From contig CAWFAK010000008.1 of assembly GCA_963813715.1 (NCBI GenBank), forward strand, positions 192,001 to 256,000: a DNA stretch of 64,000 nt. The letters run 5' to 3'. The stretch comes from an uncultured Planctomycetaceae bacterium. Its GTDB lineage: Bacteria > Planctomycetota > Planctomycetia > Planctomycetales > Planctomycetaceae. The notes under the pieces are model-generated. The model worked only from the letters and a program-made list of their open reading frames with translations. It had not been told where the DNA came from and did no database searches. The number at the start of each line of letters is the position of its first letter. Within the stretch, counting starts at the first letter, position 1. Below are positions 9,597 through 20,872 of this stretch, piece by piece. Position numbers and translations under genes: made by a program.

Positions 9597-11150
9597 ATGG
9601 CGTACCCAGTCTTCGAGCACCTCTCTCGGTTGGCTCAGCTGACTCGCTCGGCTTCCAAGACGCTGCGTATCCGGCTGATGGTCTGGAACGCCTGCCTGGT
9701 GCTCATCACGGCGCTCGCGTGCTTCCTGGGCGTCCGCGAGGGGCTGCGGCAAGCGCTCGTGGGCGGCATGGATAACGTGCTAACGGCAGACATTCGCGAA
9801 GTCGGATTCAACGTCGCCGACTTGCATGCCACCGCCGCCGACATTCGCTCCGCCGCCGCCGGCGAAGGTTCCGAGCAGGCGCGCCAGCTACTCAATAGCC
9901 TCAACCGCAAAGAAAGCGTGCACGAGCATAACGGCTGGTTCGTCGAGCTGCTCGACGGCGACGACAAGCGACTCTGGGCCAGCGATCTCACGCCCTCTCT
10001 GGGCGGCGCCGACAAAACTCAGCGCGACATGGTCCCCGTGAGCATCAGCGGCTATCGCGTGCTCGAGAATCGGCAACCGACGAGCCTGGGCCGGCCGCTG
10101 CGAATCCGCGTCGGCGCGCCGATGGACTTCATCGATCGCGATATCCGCAGCATCGACCGCATCGCGCTCCGCGGGGTGGTGCTGCTATTGATCGCTGCGC
10201 CACTCTTGGGCTACTGGCTGGCCCGTCGCGCCATTCGCCCGCTGTCCGACATCATCGAAACGACGGCCCGGCTGCGGCCCAACCGCATGGAGGAACGCCT
10301 GGCGATTCGCCAGACCGACGACGAGTTGGACCGCCTCTCGGCCACCGTCAACCAGTTCCTCGACCGCATCGCCGTCTACCTCACCCAAAGCAACAACTTG
10401 CTGGCCAACTCCGCGCACGAGCTGCGCACGCCGCTGGCCGCGATCCGCAGCTCGATCGAAGTGGCAATCGGCGGCACGCGCACGCCCCAGGAGTATCAGG
10501 AACTGCTTGCCGAAGTGATCGGCGAGTGCGCTTCACTGGAGCGTCTGGTCAATCAACTCCTGCTCCTGGCCGAGACCGACTCGGAGCTGATCCGCGCCCA
10601 CAGCGAAGAGGTCGACCTGAGCAGCGTCGTCGAGCGCTGCGCGGAGATGTTCAGCGCCGTCGCCGAAGCGCGGCAAGTCGAGTTGGTGACGGCCCTCGAG
10701 CCGCACGTCGCGGTGATGGGCTTCGGCAACCACTTGCGGCAAGTGGTCAACAACCTGCTGGACAACGCGATCAAATTCACTCAACCCGGCGGAACGGTCC
10801 GCATTGCGATCTTCCGCGAGGCCGGCTCGACCGTGCTCCGCATCGCCGACACGGGCAGCGGCATTCCGGCCGCCGATCTCCCGCACATCTTCGAGCGATT
10901 CTTCCGTGGCGATCGTTCGCGCCAGCGGATCGAGCAGACGACGGGCACCGGACTGGGACTGAGCATCTGCCAGGCGATCGTGGCCGCGCACCGCGGACGG
11001 ATCTTCGTCGAATCGCACGAAGGCGTCGGCACGACAATGACTGTGCAACTGCCGGAGTCGGTCGTCCCCCTTGCGCAGCGAGCCGCACGAGAAGGCAGCG
11101 AAACAGCCGAGCGAAATGCCGCCATGGTGTCGGCCCGATCGGACGGTTGA
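9597..11150 (+). CDS. Membrane sensor histidine kinase (HAMP-HisKA-HATPase)
   Basis: Two TM helices, HAMP, SAHELRTPL, NLLDNAIKFT, DTGSGI, GTGLGLSI. Confidence 0.95.
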   Translation: MAYPVFEHLSRLAQLTRSASKTLRIRLMVWNACLVLITALACFLGVREGLRQALVGGMDNVLTADIREVGFNVADLHATAADIRSAAAGEGSEQARQLLNSLNRKESVHEHNGWFVELLDGDDKRLWASDLTPSLGGADKTQRDMVPVSISGYRVLENRQPTSLGRPLRIRVGAPMDFIDRDIRSIDRIALRGVVLLLIAAPLLGYWLARRAIRPLSDIIETTARLRPNRMEERLAIRQTDDELDRLSATVNQFLDRIAVYLTQSNNLLANSAHELRTPLAAIRSSIEVAIGGTRTPQEYQELLAEVIGECASLERLVNQLLLLAETDSELIRAHSEEVDLSSVVERCAEMFSAVAEARQVELVTALEPHVAVMGFGNHLRQVVNNLLDNAIKFTQPGGTVRIAIFREAGSTVLRIADTGSGIPAADLPHIFERFFRGDRSRQRIEQTTGTGLGLSICQAIVAAHRGRIFVESHEGVGTTMTVQLPESVVPLAQRAAREGSETAERNAAMVSARSDG

Positions 11151-11212
11151 GGCCGATCGGACAGTTGAATGCTGAGCGGCCGAATGCTGCACGGCCGGTC
11201 GCCGACGCGACC

Positions 11213-12567
11213 TTACTTGGCGTTGGCCAGCGCCGGCTCGTCTCGCGGATGGCCGTCGTCAGCCAGGCTCCTTCGATCAAGTTACGCGACGCGCCCTGGA
11301 GCGACTTGAGCGCGGCCAGCCGGGCCTCGAGCGCCGGTTTCGACTTCGGCTCGACCATCAGGGCCGCGTCGACCAGGCGGACCGCCGCAACCGGATCGCT
11401 CGCCGCCAGCGTTTTGGCCCGCGCGGCCACCGCTGCAGGACCGCCCGCCATCCGCACGAGTTCCGGCTCGGCCACGGTGGGCGGCCGGTCGTACATCGTG
11501 GCCGGGTTGAGGTCGAACCAGCCGACGTACCCGTCGAAAATTCCCCGCACCGACCAGTCGACCTTGCCGTAGGCTTCGCCCACGTTCAATTCGGGGGGCA
11601 GTTTGACCTCATGCATGAGCGTGAAGACGTCCTTGCCCTCGTTCATGCCTTTGACCGTTGCGTCGTGGACGTAGAGGATGGCGTTACGGTATCGCGTCAG
11701 CCGCTCCACGATTTTGTCTTTCCCCACAACCGGCTCGCCGTGGCTGGGAAGCACGATCTCCGGCTCGAGCGCAAGGATCTTGTTGAGCGAGGCGACGTAA
11801 TCGAGGGCCCAGCGCGGCTTGGTGCCGCGGAGCGTGTAGATGTTGGGAAACGATTCATAATAATTGTCGCCGACAAAGGCGGCCTTGTATTTTGGGACCC
11901 AGACGCAGAGGTGGTCATAGGTCTCGCCGGGGTTGGCGAATAGCTCGAACTTCGTGCCGCCCAGCTCGAACTCGTACTTGTCGTCGAAGGCGACCGCCGG
12001 CTCGAACTTCTTGTCGGGCACGCGGTCGAAGGCGTTGAGGGTGCCGATGTCGAGCCCGAATTGCGCCGCCCCCGTGCGATTGAGGTACGAGCGGAGCCGC
12101 TCCTGATAGCTGTTGAATTCCAGATAGTTGTGTTGCACGACCAGCTTGGTGTTTGGCTCCATCCAATAGCGCAGGCCGCCCGTGTGATCGTGATGGCCGT
12201 GTGTGAGGATCACATATCGGACGGGCGCGTCGCTCACTTTGCGCAAGAGTTCGTGGTGCTTTTTCGCGCTCACGGGGGACGACGTATCGATCACGACGTT
12301 GCCGTCATCCGTGCGAACCAGAAACGTGTTGCTGAAGCCGATGGCCAAGTAAATCGCGTCGTTGACCTTCCGCGCGGCCGTCTGCCGGTTTCCCATCCGC
12401 GAATAGTCATTGAGCGACAGTGGCGAGACCTGCGCGTGGGCCAAAGACGGAACCAGCCCTGCGCTCGCGGCAAGGACCAGCAGCGACGAGAGACCGACAC
12501 GCCATCTCCGGCGCGAGTTGGCAGCGGAACAGAAATGAGAAAGATTACGGAGCGGGCCAAAGCGCAT
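11213..12567 (-). CDS. Secreted MBL-fold hydrolase, alkyl-sulfatase (SdsA/BDS1)-like; probable frameshift just before the true stop
   Basis: THGHHDH metal motif, PGETYD, FPNIYTLRGT, PSHG, YVGWFD..PA. A one-base shift gives ...ETSRALANAK* ending at 11213 and removes the implausible overlap with the kinase. Confidence 0.8.
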
Positions 12568-12798
12568 GGCGTGGTTCCTCGGGACGATGTCGTTCAGGTT
12601 GACGGAGGCCGCTTCGTGCGGGCAGCGACCGTTTATCCGCTTTTTTGATCCGGCCGACAAGCTTTCGCGTTGGCCTCTGTGCGGACTCGCGGTCGGCCAT
12701 CAGCGGTATCGCGCGGCTGTTTTCGATAGACTGGCTGTGGCGCTTAGAATTGCCATTCGTGCCACGCCGATTGCGATCGGACCCACTGGAGAAGTTGG

Positions 12799-13569
12799 AT
12801 GAGCCTGGCGATTGAGACCCGCGGCTTGACGCGGTTTTTCGACAAGTTCTGCGCGGTCAATCGCATCGATCTCAAGGTCGAGAGCGGCATCTCGTACGGC
12901 TTCCTCGGGCCCAACGGTGCTGGCAAATCGACCACCATCAAAATGCTGACCGGGCTGTTGGCTCCCAGCTCCGGCCAGATCATGGTCCTCGGACGCAACA
13001 TGTCGAATCCGGCCGAGGCGCTCGATGCCAAGCGGCACATCGGCGTCGTTCCCGAAGACCTGGCCCTCTTCGACAACCTGACCGGACCCGAATATCTGAC
13101 GTTCGTCGGCCGCATGTATGGCGTGCCGGCGGACACCATCCGCAGCCGCACCGGCGACCTGCTTAAACTGATGTGCCTCGAGGGGGAAGAAAAGAAGCTG
13201 ACCCTCGAATACTCGCACGGAATGAAGAAGAAACTGGCCCTGGCCGCGGCTCTCTTGCCCAATCCCGATCTGCTGTTTCTCGACGAGCCCTTCGAAGGCG
13301 TGGATGCCGTCACCTCGCGCGTGATCCGCGACATGCTGACCGGCTACGTCTCGCGCGGCTCGACGCTCTTCCTGACGTCGCACGTGCTGGAGATCGTCGA
13401 GCGGCTCTGCACGCACGTCGGCATCATTGCCCATGGTGAACTGGTCGAGCAGGCCAGCCTCGACGACATTCGTCAGGGCAGCTCGCTCGAAACTCGCTTC
13501 CTGGAAAAAGTCGGCAGCGATTCGGCCGCCTCGAGGAAACTGGAGTGGCTCGAAGGGGCCGCGACATGA
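12799..13569 (+). CDS. ABC transporter ATP-binding protein (ABC-2 exporter type)
   Basis: Walker A GPNGAGKST, signature YSHGMKKK, Walker B LLFLDEP, H-loop TSH. Confidence 0.95.
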   Translation: MSLAIETRGLTRFFDKFCAVNRIDLKVESGISYGFLGPNGAGKSTTIKMLTGLLAPSSGQIMVLGRNMSNPAEALDAKRHIGVVPEDLALFDNLTGPEYLTFVGRMYGVPADTIRSRTGDLLKLMCLEGEEKKLTLEYSHGMKKKLALAAALLPNPDLLFLDEPFEGVDAVTSRVIRDMLTGYVSRGSTLFLTSHVLEIVERLCTHVGIIAHGELVEQASLDDIRQGSSLETRFLEKVGSDSAASRKLEWLEGAAT

Positions 13570-15494
13570 CGTGGCAGCACTTTCGCACGCTGGTCTGGCT
13601 GCGCCGGCGGCTGTTCCGCAATCGGATGAGGCGGGCCGGCAAGCTCAACGCCGTGGTGACGCGGATCTTCATGGCGATTGCGATCCTCGTCTCGGTCGGC
13701 TCGTTTTTCGCGGCGCTGGGATTGGGCATTCGCTTCCTGCCCCAGGCCACGCCCGATTATGTCCTGTTCATTTGGACCGGACTGACGGTGACGTTCCTTT
13801 TCGCCTGGATCATGGGAGTGATGACCGAGCTGCAGCGCTCGGAAGTCCTCTCGATCGAGAAGCTGTTCCACTATCCGATTTCTCCCGGCAGCGCGTTTCT
13901 GGTCAATTACCTCAGCTCGCTCGTCTGCGTGTCGCTGATCCTGTTTTTCCCAGCGATGCTCGGACTGGCGATCGCCTCGGTCGTGGCGCTGGGGCCTTGG
14001 ATGCTCATCAGCCTGCCGCTCTTGCTCGGCTTCGTGCTGATGGTGACTGCCGTGACCTATCAGTTCCGTGGCTGGCTGGCGACTTTGATGGTCAATAAGC
14101 GCCGCCGTCGCACGATCGTGGCATGCATCACCGGCGCGTTTATTCTGCTCAGCCAGTCGGGCAACTTCATCAACATGTTTGTTCAGGGAAGGCACCGGCA
14201 CGAACGTGACGGCACGGCCGACCAGTTTCACCGCCAATACGACCAGGCCGAGCGTGATTTGAAAGCGGCCAAGATCACGCCGAAGGAATATCAGGAGCGG
14301 ATCGAATCGATTGCCGCCGACCAGAAACGCCAAAACGAACAAGAGACGCAGCAGTTCCTGACCCAGGCAAAACGATGGGTCTCCACCGCCGATCTGGCAT
14401 TGCCCCCCGGCTGGCTGGCCTACGGCACGTTTCAAGCCGCCGAGCATCAGATTTGGGCGGGCCTCGTTGGGACTGTTTTATTGAGCGCGATCGCCGGCGC
14501 GAGCCTGCATCGCTCGTACCGCACCACTGTCCGGTTTTACCTGGGTGATTATCGCTCGGATCGTTCGACGGCCGACCTCGCGCCTACGACCGCGGCAATC
14601 CACGCACCCGTCCGCGCGACGATCGCGATCGGAGCGGTCGACGCGCCGGCGCCGGCAACGCTTGCCAACGCGCCATCGTTCGCGGGCATGGTCGGCAAGA
14701 GCGTCCCTGGGGTGCCCGAGCAGGCAGCAGCGACGGCGCTCGCGACCTTGCGGAGCCTCTTGCGAGCGCCCGAAGTCAAAATGATGCTGCTCACGCCGAC
14801 CATCCTGGGAGTGCTCTTCATGACGGGCAAGCTCGCAGGTCGTAACGGCATGAGTGGCGGGGCAGTCTCACCCGGGCTGCGGCCGATTTTGGCCCTCGGC
14901 ATCGTGACGACCGTCGTCGTGACCTTGTCGCAGCTCTTTCAGAATCAATTCGGGTTTGACCGCAACGCGTTTCGCACGTTTGTGCTCTCACCCGCTTCAC
15001 GCCGCGACATCCTGCTGGGAAAGAATCTGGCCCTGGCACCGATCGTGGCAGCGGCCGGCGCGATCTTTCTGGGTGTGCTGGAATACATGATGCCGCTGCG
15101 ACCGCTAGACTTTCTGGCAACCTGCGTGGAGTTGCTCTCGGCCTACTTGATCGTCTGCCTGGTCGGCAACCAGATGTCGATCCTGCTTCCCTCAACTGTG
15201 CGGCACGGTTCGATGCGCGGCTCTTCGGACACCAAGGTGCTCCGCGTGCTGGCCCGCTTCGCTGCCATGCTGGGGCAGCTCGTGGCGTTTGTTCCCCTCG
15301 CGCTCCCGTTGGGGATCGATTATCTGATCCACCAGTTCGCTTGGGGCCAGTGGATTCCCGCCTATCTGATCGTCTCGCTCTTGATGGCCCTCGTTCTGCT
15401 CTTCGTCTACCGAAACGTGCTCGAGTACCAGGGCGGACTGTTGCAGCGCCGCGAGCTGCGGATTCTCGAAGCCGTGACGGCCAAGGAAGACTGA
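13566..15494 (+). CDS. ABC-2 type transporter permease (multi-TM)
   Basis: ATGA overlap with the ATPase stop; about 12 hydrophobic segments; NQFGFDR..ILLGKN motif typical of these permeases. Confidence 0.85.
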   Translation: MTWQHFRTLVWLRRRLFRNRMRRAGKLNAVVTRIFMAIAILVSVGSFFAALGLGIRFLPQATPDYVLFIWTGLTVTFLFAWIMGVMTELQRSEVLSIEKLFHYPISPGSAFLVNYLSSLVCVSLILFFPAMLGLAIASVVALGPWMLISLPLLLGFVLMVTAVTYQFRGWLATLMVNKRRRRTIVACITGAFILLSQSGNFINMFVQGRHRHERDGTADQFHRQYDQAERDLKAAKITPKEYQERIESIAADQKRQNEQETQQFLTQAKRWVSTADLALPPGWLAYGTFQAAEHQIWAGLVGTVLLSAIAGASLHRSYRTTVRFYLGDYRSDRSTADLAPTTAAIHAPVRATIAIGAVDAPAPATLANAPSFAGMVGKSVPGVPEQAAATALATLRSLLRAPEVKMMLLTPTILGVLFMTGKLAGRNGMSGGAVSPGLRPILALGIVTTVVVTLSQLFQNQFGFDRNAFRTFVLSPASRRDILLGKNLALAPIVAAAGAIFLGVLEYMMPLRPLDFLATCVELLSAYLIVCLVGNQMSILLPSTVRHGSMRGSSDTKVLRVLARFAAMLGQLVAFVPLALPLGIDYLIHQFAWGQWIPAYLIVSLLMALVLLFVYRNVLEYQGGLLQRRELRILEAVTAKED

Positions 15495-15531
15495 ACGACG
15501 ACCCGAGTCGGGCCTAACAACGCGCAGAGTT

Positions 15532-16692
15532 TTACGAGGCCGAGCCGAGGGCCGCTTTCTCGCGCTTCGTCTTGCCGCTGAGGGGTCGCACCGAAGGCTC
15601 GACGAGCGCGGCTTCGATCGTGAGACCGGGACCGAAGGCCAAGAGGACACAGGGGCCCGGCACCTTGTTGCGGATCAGCCGCTCGGTGATGAACAGGATC
15701 GTGGGCGACGACATGTTGCCGAACTCGCCCAGGACGTCGCGCGACGTTTGAATTTCTTCCGGGGCGAGTCCCAGCGCGTCGATGCAGGCCTGCAGAATCC
15801 GCGGGCCGCCGGGATGAATGCCCCAGTGCGCAATCTCGCCGAGGTCGACGCCTTCGCTGGCCAGCCAGCCTTCGAGCCAGGCTTTGAGCGAACTCTGGAT
15901 TGCGTCCGGAACGCCCGACGAAAGGGTCATCTGAAATCCATGATCGCCGATGTTCCAGCTCATCAGGTCTTCGGTTTCGGGGACGACCATCGAGCCGGAC
16001 GAGAGCCAGCGCGGTTTGTCGGAGTCGGCCCCATCCTCGGCGTGGCCGCAGACGACGGCGGCTGACCCGTCGGCAAAAAGCGCGTTGGCGACGATCTGTT
16101 CCGGGTTCCAGCCATACTGGTGGTGCAGGCTGCAGAGTTCGATCGCGCAAACGAGGACGCGGGCATCCGGGTTCGCGTCGGCAAACGCGCGGGCGACGCG
16201 GAGCCCGTTGAGTGCTCCATGGCAGCCCATAAAGCCCACATGCGTCCGAGCGACCACCGGCGGCAGTCGCAGATCGCGGATCAACTGCACGTCGACTCCG
16301 GGGGCTGCGAAGCCGCTGCACGAAACCGTGATCAAATGTGTGATTTCAGACGCGTCGAGTGCGGCGTCGGACAGTGCTTTGCGGCAGGCTGTCGCGGCCA
16401 GGCCAGTCGCTGACTGCGCGTACTTCTGCATGCGTTCGGCCGTGGTCGGTCCGAGCGGGCCGCCTTCCTCGACCGAACGGTAAAAGTTCTGCCCGCCCGG
16501 CTGAGCCTGGGCGTCAGCCGTAAGCAGCACCGTGTGCCGTTTCCGCACGCCCGCGTGACGGTAGAGCGTCGGCAAAAGCCGCCGTTGTTTGTCCGTGAGA
16601 CCGCACAACAGCCCGGCGGCTTCCGCGGCGTCGGCCTGCTCGATCGACAGTTCGGGGACAGCCGTGCCGATTCCCAAGATGCAGACGCTCAT
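15532..16692 (-). CDS. Type III polyketide synthase (chalcone synthase-like)
   Basis: Catalytic triad motifs GFMGC, IHPGG and GNMSS, plus ELCSLH, ALFADG and AFGPGL. RBS AAGGGAG precedes ATG 16692. Confidence 0.95.
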   Translation of the reverse strand: MSVCILGIGTAVPELSIEQADAAEAAGLLCGLTDKQRRLLPTLYRHAGVRKRHTVLLTADAQAQPGGQNFYRSVEEGGPLGPTTAERMQKYAQSATGLAATACRKALSDAALDASEITHLITVSCSGFAAPGVDVQLIRDLRLPPVVARTHVGFMGCHGALNGLRVARAFADANPDARVLVCAIELCSLHHQYGWNPEQIVANALFADGSAAVVCGHAEDGADSDKPRWLSSGSMVVPETEDLMSWNIGDHGFQMTLSSGVPDAIQSSLKAWLEGWLASEGVDLGEIAHWGIHPGGPRILQACIDALGLAPEEIQTSRDVLGEFGNMSSPTILFITERLIRNKVPGPCVLLAFGPGLTIEAALVEPSVRPLSGKTKREKAALGSAS

Positions 16693-16703
16693 ACCGACTC
16701 CCT

Positions 16704-16745
16704 TTAAATGCGAGAGGAAACCTCTTAAATGCGAGAGGAAACCTC
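16704..16745. repeat. Perfect 21-bp tandem duplication
   Basis: TTAAATGCGAGAGGAAACCTC at 16704-16724 and again at 16725-16745. Confidence 0.9.
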
Positions 16746-18107
16746 TCGCGGCCGCGAACTCTTGTGCCGCGTTCGTTCCATCGATGACTGAATTGTAGAC
16801 GACCCCTGCAAATCGATGCCTTTGCCGGCGTTCCAGAAATGTCCGATCAGCGGCCGGACGAGGGTCGGCGCCACGCCGATGAGTGCCATTGCCGCGCGGA
16901 CGGCCGCCGGATTTCGCAGCAGGCCCGCCAGAATCCGACAGTCTCGCTGTCGCGGTGCGATCTGCGCAGGACCACGGCCGACCAGTCGTGTGCAAGCCGA
17001 CGGCATTCCCGTCGGGATGCCAAGCGATCATCGGCGGACTCAGCGGCGATCTCGACCGAGCCAATCGGCCACCATGGGTGCCGCGAGCACCGCCGACAGC
17101 ATGCCCCACGTCATTCCTTCGCCCGTGAACGGTTCGACGTAACCGGCCGCGTCACCGAGCACCAGCAGTCGCGGTGCGGCGGTGCGCCGACTGTGCCGCG
17201 TGAGCAGGCCCGTTCCCCGCCAATCAACGGCTTCGAGTCCCGTCGGTGGTTTCACGCCGGCTTGAGTGAAGATGTGCCGCACGGTTTCGGCCGGCCCGTG
17301 CTCGCGAACGTGGTTGGGATCGACGGCCGCCGCCAGATTGATGGCGTCGCCCGGCACTCGCACCAGACCGACATAGCCGTCGCGCGCGACCGACATCAAA
17401 ACACGTCCCGCGTCGATCTCCGCCGCCGTCCCCGGCAACGTGGCGCCGAGCCCAATTCGCGACGTCGCGGCGACGCGCGGCGCAAAGGCCCGATGCTGCT
17501 TGAGGCTCGTCCGTCCCAGGCCGTCGGCCACGAGCACCATTCGGGACTGCGCGACAAATCGACGATCATCCTGCTGCAGCACGAGCCGACGCAGACGGCC
17601 ACCCGCGGCGAGACCCCGAACGAGTGTCGTCGTCCCAGAGACGAACGCGACGCCCGCCTCCACTGTGTTGCGCACGAGCGCCGCGTCGAATGAGATTCGC
17701 GAGACCGCGGCGCCGGCCGGCAGATCGAAGGAGACGCGTCGTCCGCCCGCCGCGAGGTCGAATCGCCCCAGCGGCGCTGCATGCGAGGAGTCAAGCAGAT
17801 CGGCGAGCCCCACGCTCTCGAGCAGTCGTCGCCCCAAGCCACTGATGCAACCGCCGCAGACTTTTTCACGCGGAAACGAACTGCGATCAACGAGCAGCGT
17901 CCGCAGACCGAGCAATGCCACTTGCCGCGCGGCTAGCGCCCCGGTCGGCCCAGCTCCGATCACCGCGACGTCCCACGTCTTTGCCGCCGCCTCTTCGACC
18001 GTGAGGGTTGAATCGCAGGCCGGGGACTCCAGCTCGGTACGGACCTGTCGCTCGCCCGTGCACTCGCAATGGCTCAGAGCATCCGGCTCGAACGCCAGCT
18101 GGTTCAA
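16725..18107 (-). CDS. FAD-dependent oxidoreductase (geranylgeranyl reductase / aromatic hydroxylase-like); frameshifts near 17040-16960
   Basis: IGAGPTG Rossmann motif, FPREKVCGG, SRISFDAAL, ADG, LGDAAGYVEPFTGEGM. TTG start overlaps the methyltransferase stop; the C-terminus continues in ORF 16725..17006. Confidence 0.85.
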
Positions 18108-18817
18108 TCGCGGCTCCACTGTAAGAGAAAGCGACACGGCCAGCGCGGTTCGACGACGACTCCCGACAGCCCCCCCTGCCGAGCGACCTCGCGAATCTCT
18201 TTCATCGAGAAGGCAGATTGCACGGAACGGGGCCCGTCGACATGAACGATGGGCGAACGCGTCAGAAACCGGCAGCCCAGCCAAGCGAGCCCATAGCCGA
18301 AAGTCGAGCGGCACAAATCGTTCACCAGCACCAGCCGCTGGGCCGCCGCCGCCATTTTCCCCAATAGGGCCGACGCCGTTTCTTCCGGCAGATGATGCAG
18401 AAACAGCGAGCACATGACGACGTCGTATCCTTCCGGCAGCGGCGCATTGAGCACGTCCTGTCGGAAGAACTGTACATTCTCGACCTGACGCTCGCTGGCG
18501 CGGGCGGTGGCATAGCGCACGGCAAACGGGCTGACATCGCAGCCATCGACGAGCACGCGGGCACCGGCGCGAGCGGCCCGGCGGGCGACATCGATCGCCA
18601 CGTCACCGCCGCCGCTGGCCAAATCAAGCAGGCGCCAGGTGCGGGTCGCGTTGGTCGCAATCCGGCGTTCGAGGGCCTGCCAGAGGATGCGGCCGCTGCC
18701 GCTGAAGCGATTGATACGCCCCAGCCCTGCGAGAGCGGCGCGGTGCAAAGGCTCGCCCAGGCCTGGCTGATCCATCAGCTCGGGCTCGCGTTGGCGACAT
18801 CGGAAGCGGTTGAGCAT
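18104..18817 (-). CDS. SAM-dependent methyltransferase associated with type III PKS
   Basis: ELMDQP, LLDLASGGGD, DVVMCSLFLHHL, VHVDGPRSV..AF. Confidence 0.9.
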   Translation of the reverse strand: MLNRFRCRQREPELMDQPGLGEPLHRAALAGLGRINRFSGSGRILWQALERRIATNATRTWRLLDLASGGGDVAIDVARRAARAGARVLVDGCDVSPFAVRYATARASERQVENVQFFRQDVLNAPLPEGYDVVMCSLFLHHLPEETASALLGKMAAAAQRLVLVNDLCRSTFGYGLAWLGCRFLTRSPIVHVDGPRSVQSAFSMKEIREVARQGGLSGVVVEPRWPCRFLLQWSRD

Positions 18818-19085
18818 TTTGATCCAGATGTCGGAACAGCCGGCCGCCCGGCCTGGAGGCCTGCATCCCAGCGGCCTCGTCTTGAGCGCAGGGATTCTAC
18901 CTTTTCCCGGGCAGCAACGCCATTCGTTCTCGCACGATCGGGCCTCAGAAACGACAATTAATTAGCAGTTTTTTCGCTACGAAAAATTCATCTCGAGGCG
19001 AAAAGGTCACCCAGCGCAGAAACTTAACTTTGCCCCGGGAGGCCGCGCTGATAGCATCGCGGCGGCTCGCAAGGAGGATCGGCCC

Positions 19086-19816
19086 ATGAAGCCACGCGTT
19101 GGACCACGACTTCGTCTCGTCTTGTTGGCAGCGGCTCTGGGCGCAACGGCCGCGGTGTTGGGAGCGACCGAGTGGGCGACTTGTCCCGCTTCGGCGCAGT
19201 CGCAGGCGCCCGATTGCCAGCGCCGGGATCCCCTGCCGCGCGGGCTTTGCGGGTGCGGGCAGGCGAACTCGATCCGGACCTGAGCCGCGTCTACATCTTT
19301 GTCGATAAGACCGGCTTCGGGCATCAGCACGGCGTCGAGGGCCGCATCAAGGCCGGCAACCTCCGCGTGGCGAAGGCGTCGGCCGGGCGAATCATCTTCG
19401 ACATGACCTCATTTCGCGCCGACACGAAAGAGGCGCGGCGCCGCGTCGGCCTCGACGGAACGAGCAGTGAACAGGAGCAAGAGCAAGTCACCGCCAACAT
19501 GGTCGGAGAAGCCGTCTTGGACGTCGAACATTTTCCGACGGCCACGTTTGTCGCCAACAGCATTCGCCACTTCGACGAACGCGATGCCGCGGGCAAGGCC
19601 CAGTTCTCGCTCGACGGCGACTTCACGCTGCATGGCACCACACGTGCCGTGCACATCACGGCCACCGGCGGGCAGGAAGAGGGCTACTTGCACCTGAAGG
19701 GGTCCTTTCCGCTGCGACAGACCGATTATGGGATTCGACCGTTCAAGAAGGCGCTGGGCGCGGTTGGCGTCGCCGACGTGCTCACAGTCTACGGCGATCT
19801 TTGGATCAAAAAGTAA
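19086..19816 (+). CDS. YceI-family lipid/polyisoprenoid-binding protein, probably secreted (frameshift ~19220)
   Basis: Signal peptide in ORF 19086..19283; GHQHG, LDVEHFPTATF, GDFTLHGTT, LRQTDYGI in ORF 19172..19816. Confidence 0.8.
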
Positions 19817-19909
19817 GCGACGCCGAATGTCCGCGCGGAGTTGCGGAAAGCGGCCGGAACATGGGCGAAGTCGCCGGACAAACCGGCCTTAAAATCAGGA
19901 GCCTGACGG

Positions 19910-20810
19910 ATGATTTCGTGCCCGAGCGTCGAAAAGCGGGTGATCCGCACGCACTACAACCTGGCGACTCCGTTTTATCGCCTGCTGTGGGGTCGCCACA
20001 TTCATCACGGGCTGTGGGAAGGTTCCGAGAGCCCGGCGGAGGCGCAGCTCAAGCTCACGCAAACGCTCAGTCGCGAGGCCGGTCTGCAGGGCGGCGAACG
20101 CGTGCTCGACGTCGGCTGCGGCATGGGTGGCTCCTCGATTTACCTCGCCAAGACGCTCGGCTGCCATGTCACGGGCATCACGCTCAGCTCGGTCCAGCGC
20201 CGCTGGGCGTCCGTCGCCGCGCGACTGAACGGCGTCGGCCGCAAGAACGCGTTTTCTGGCCACCGACGCCGAGAGCGTCGAATTCGAGCCCGCATCGTTC
20301 GACGCCGTGTGGAGCGTCGAGTGCACCGAACATCTCTTCGACAAGCCGGCCTTCTTTCGTCGAGTGGCCGGCTGGTTGCGTCCGGGCGGCCGCGTGGCGA
20401 TCTGCGCGTGGCAAGCCGGCGACGGACAGCTGACTGCCGACGCCGAACGGCAGGTTTACGACGTGTGCGAGGGATTTTTCTGTCCGTCGCTGGGAAGCAG
20501 CGAGGACTATCGCGGCTGGTTCACCGACGCGGGGCTCTCCGTCGATCGCTATTTCGATTGGACGAGCCGGGTGGCGCAAACGTGGGAAATCTGCGAGCGG
20601 CGGGCCCGCTTTACCGGTGTCCATTTGCTGGCGCGGTGGATCGACAAGGATCAATTGATGTTTCTCGAACGTTTTCGGACAATCCTCCGCGCGTATCAGA
20701 GCGGCGCGATGACCTACGGCTGCTGGGTGGCGACGAAGCCGGGTGGAACGTCGGCCAACTCCACCGCAGCAACGGCGGCAACACCGCTCGCAGCGACGAC
20801 CTCACGTTAA
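19910..20810 (+). CDS. SAM-dependent methyltransferase, sterol/gamma-tocopherol/CFA-like (frameshift ~20250)
   Basis: HYNL..LWGRHIHHGLW, VLDVGCGMGG, GITLSSVQ; then WSVECTEH..DK..LRPGG in ORF 20307..20810. Confidence 0.85.
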
Positions 20811-20872
20811 TAAGACGACAACGTCCTTGAATTGCCGACCCGCGGAGCGGGTGCTGGCTCGAAGGCGCAGGG

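Noticed and set aside
10777..11212. C-terminal extension of the MBL hydrolase overlapping the histidine kinase by ~370 bp
   Set aside because: Best explained by a one-base error just before a natural stop at 11213; the extension is Arg-rich antisense nonsense.
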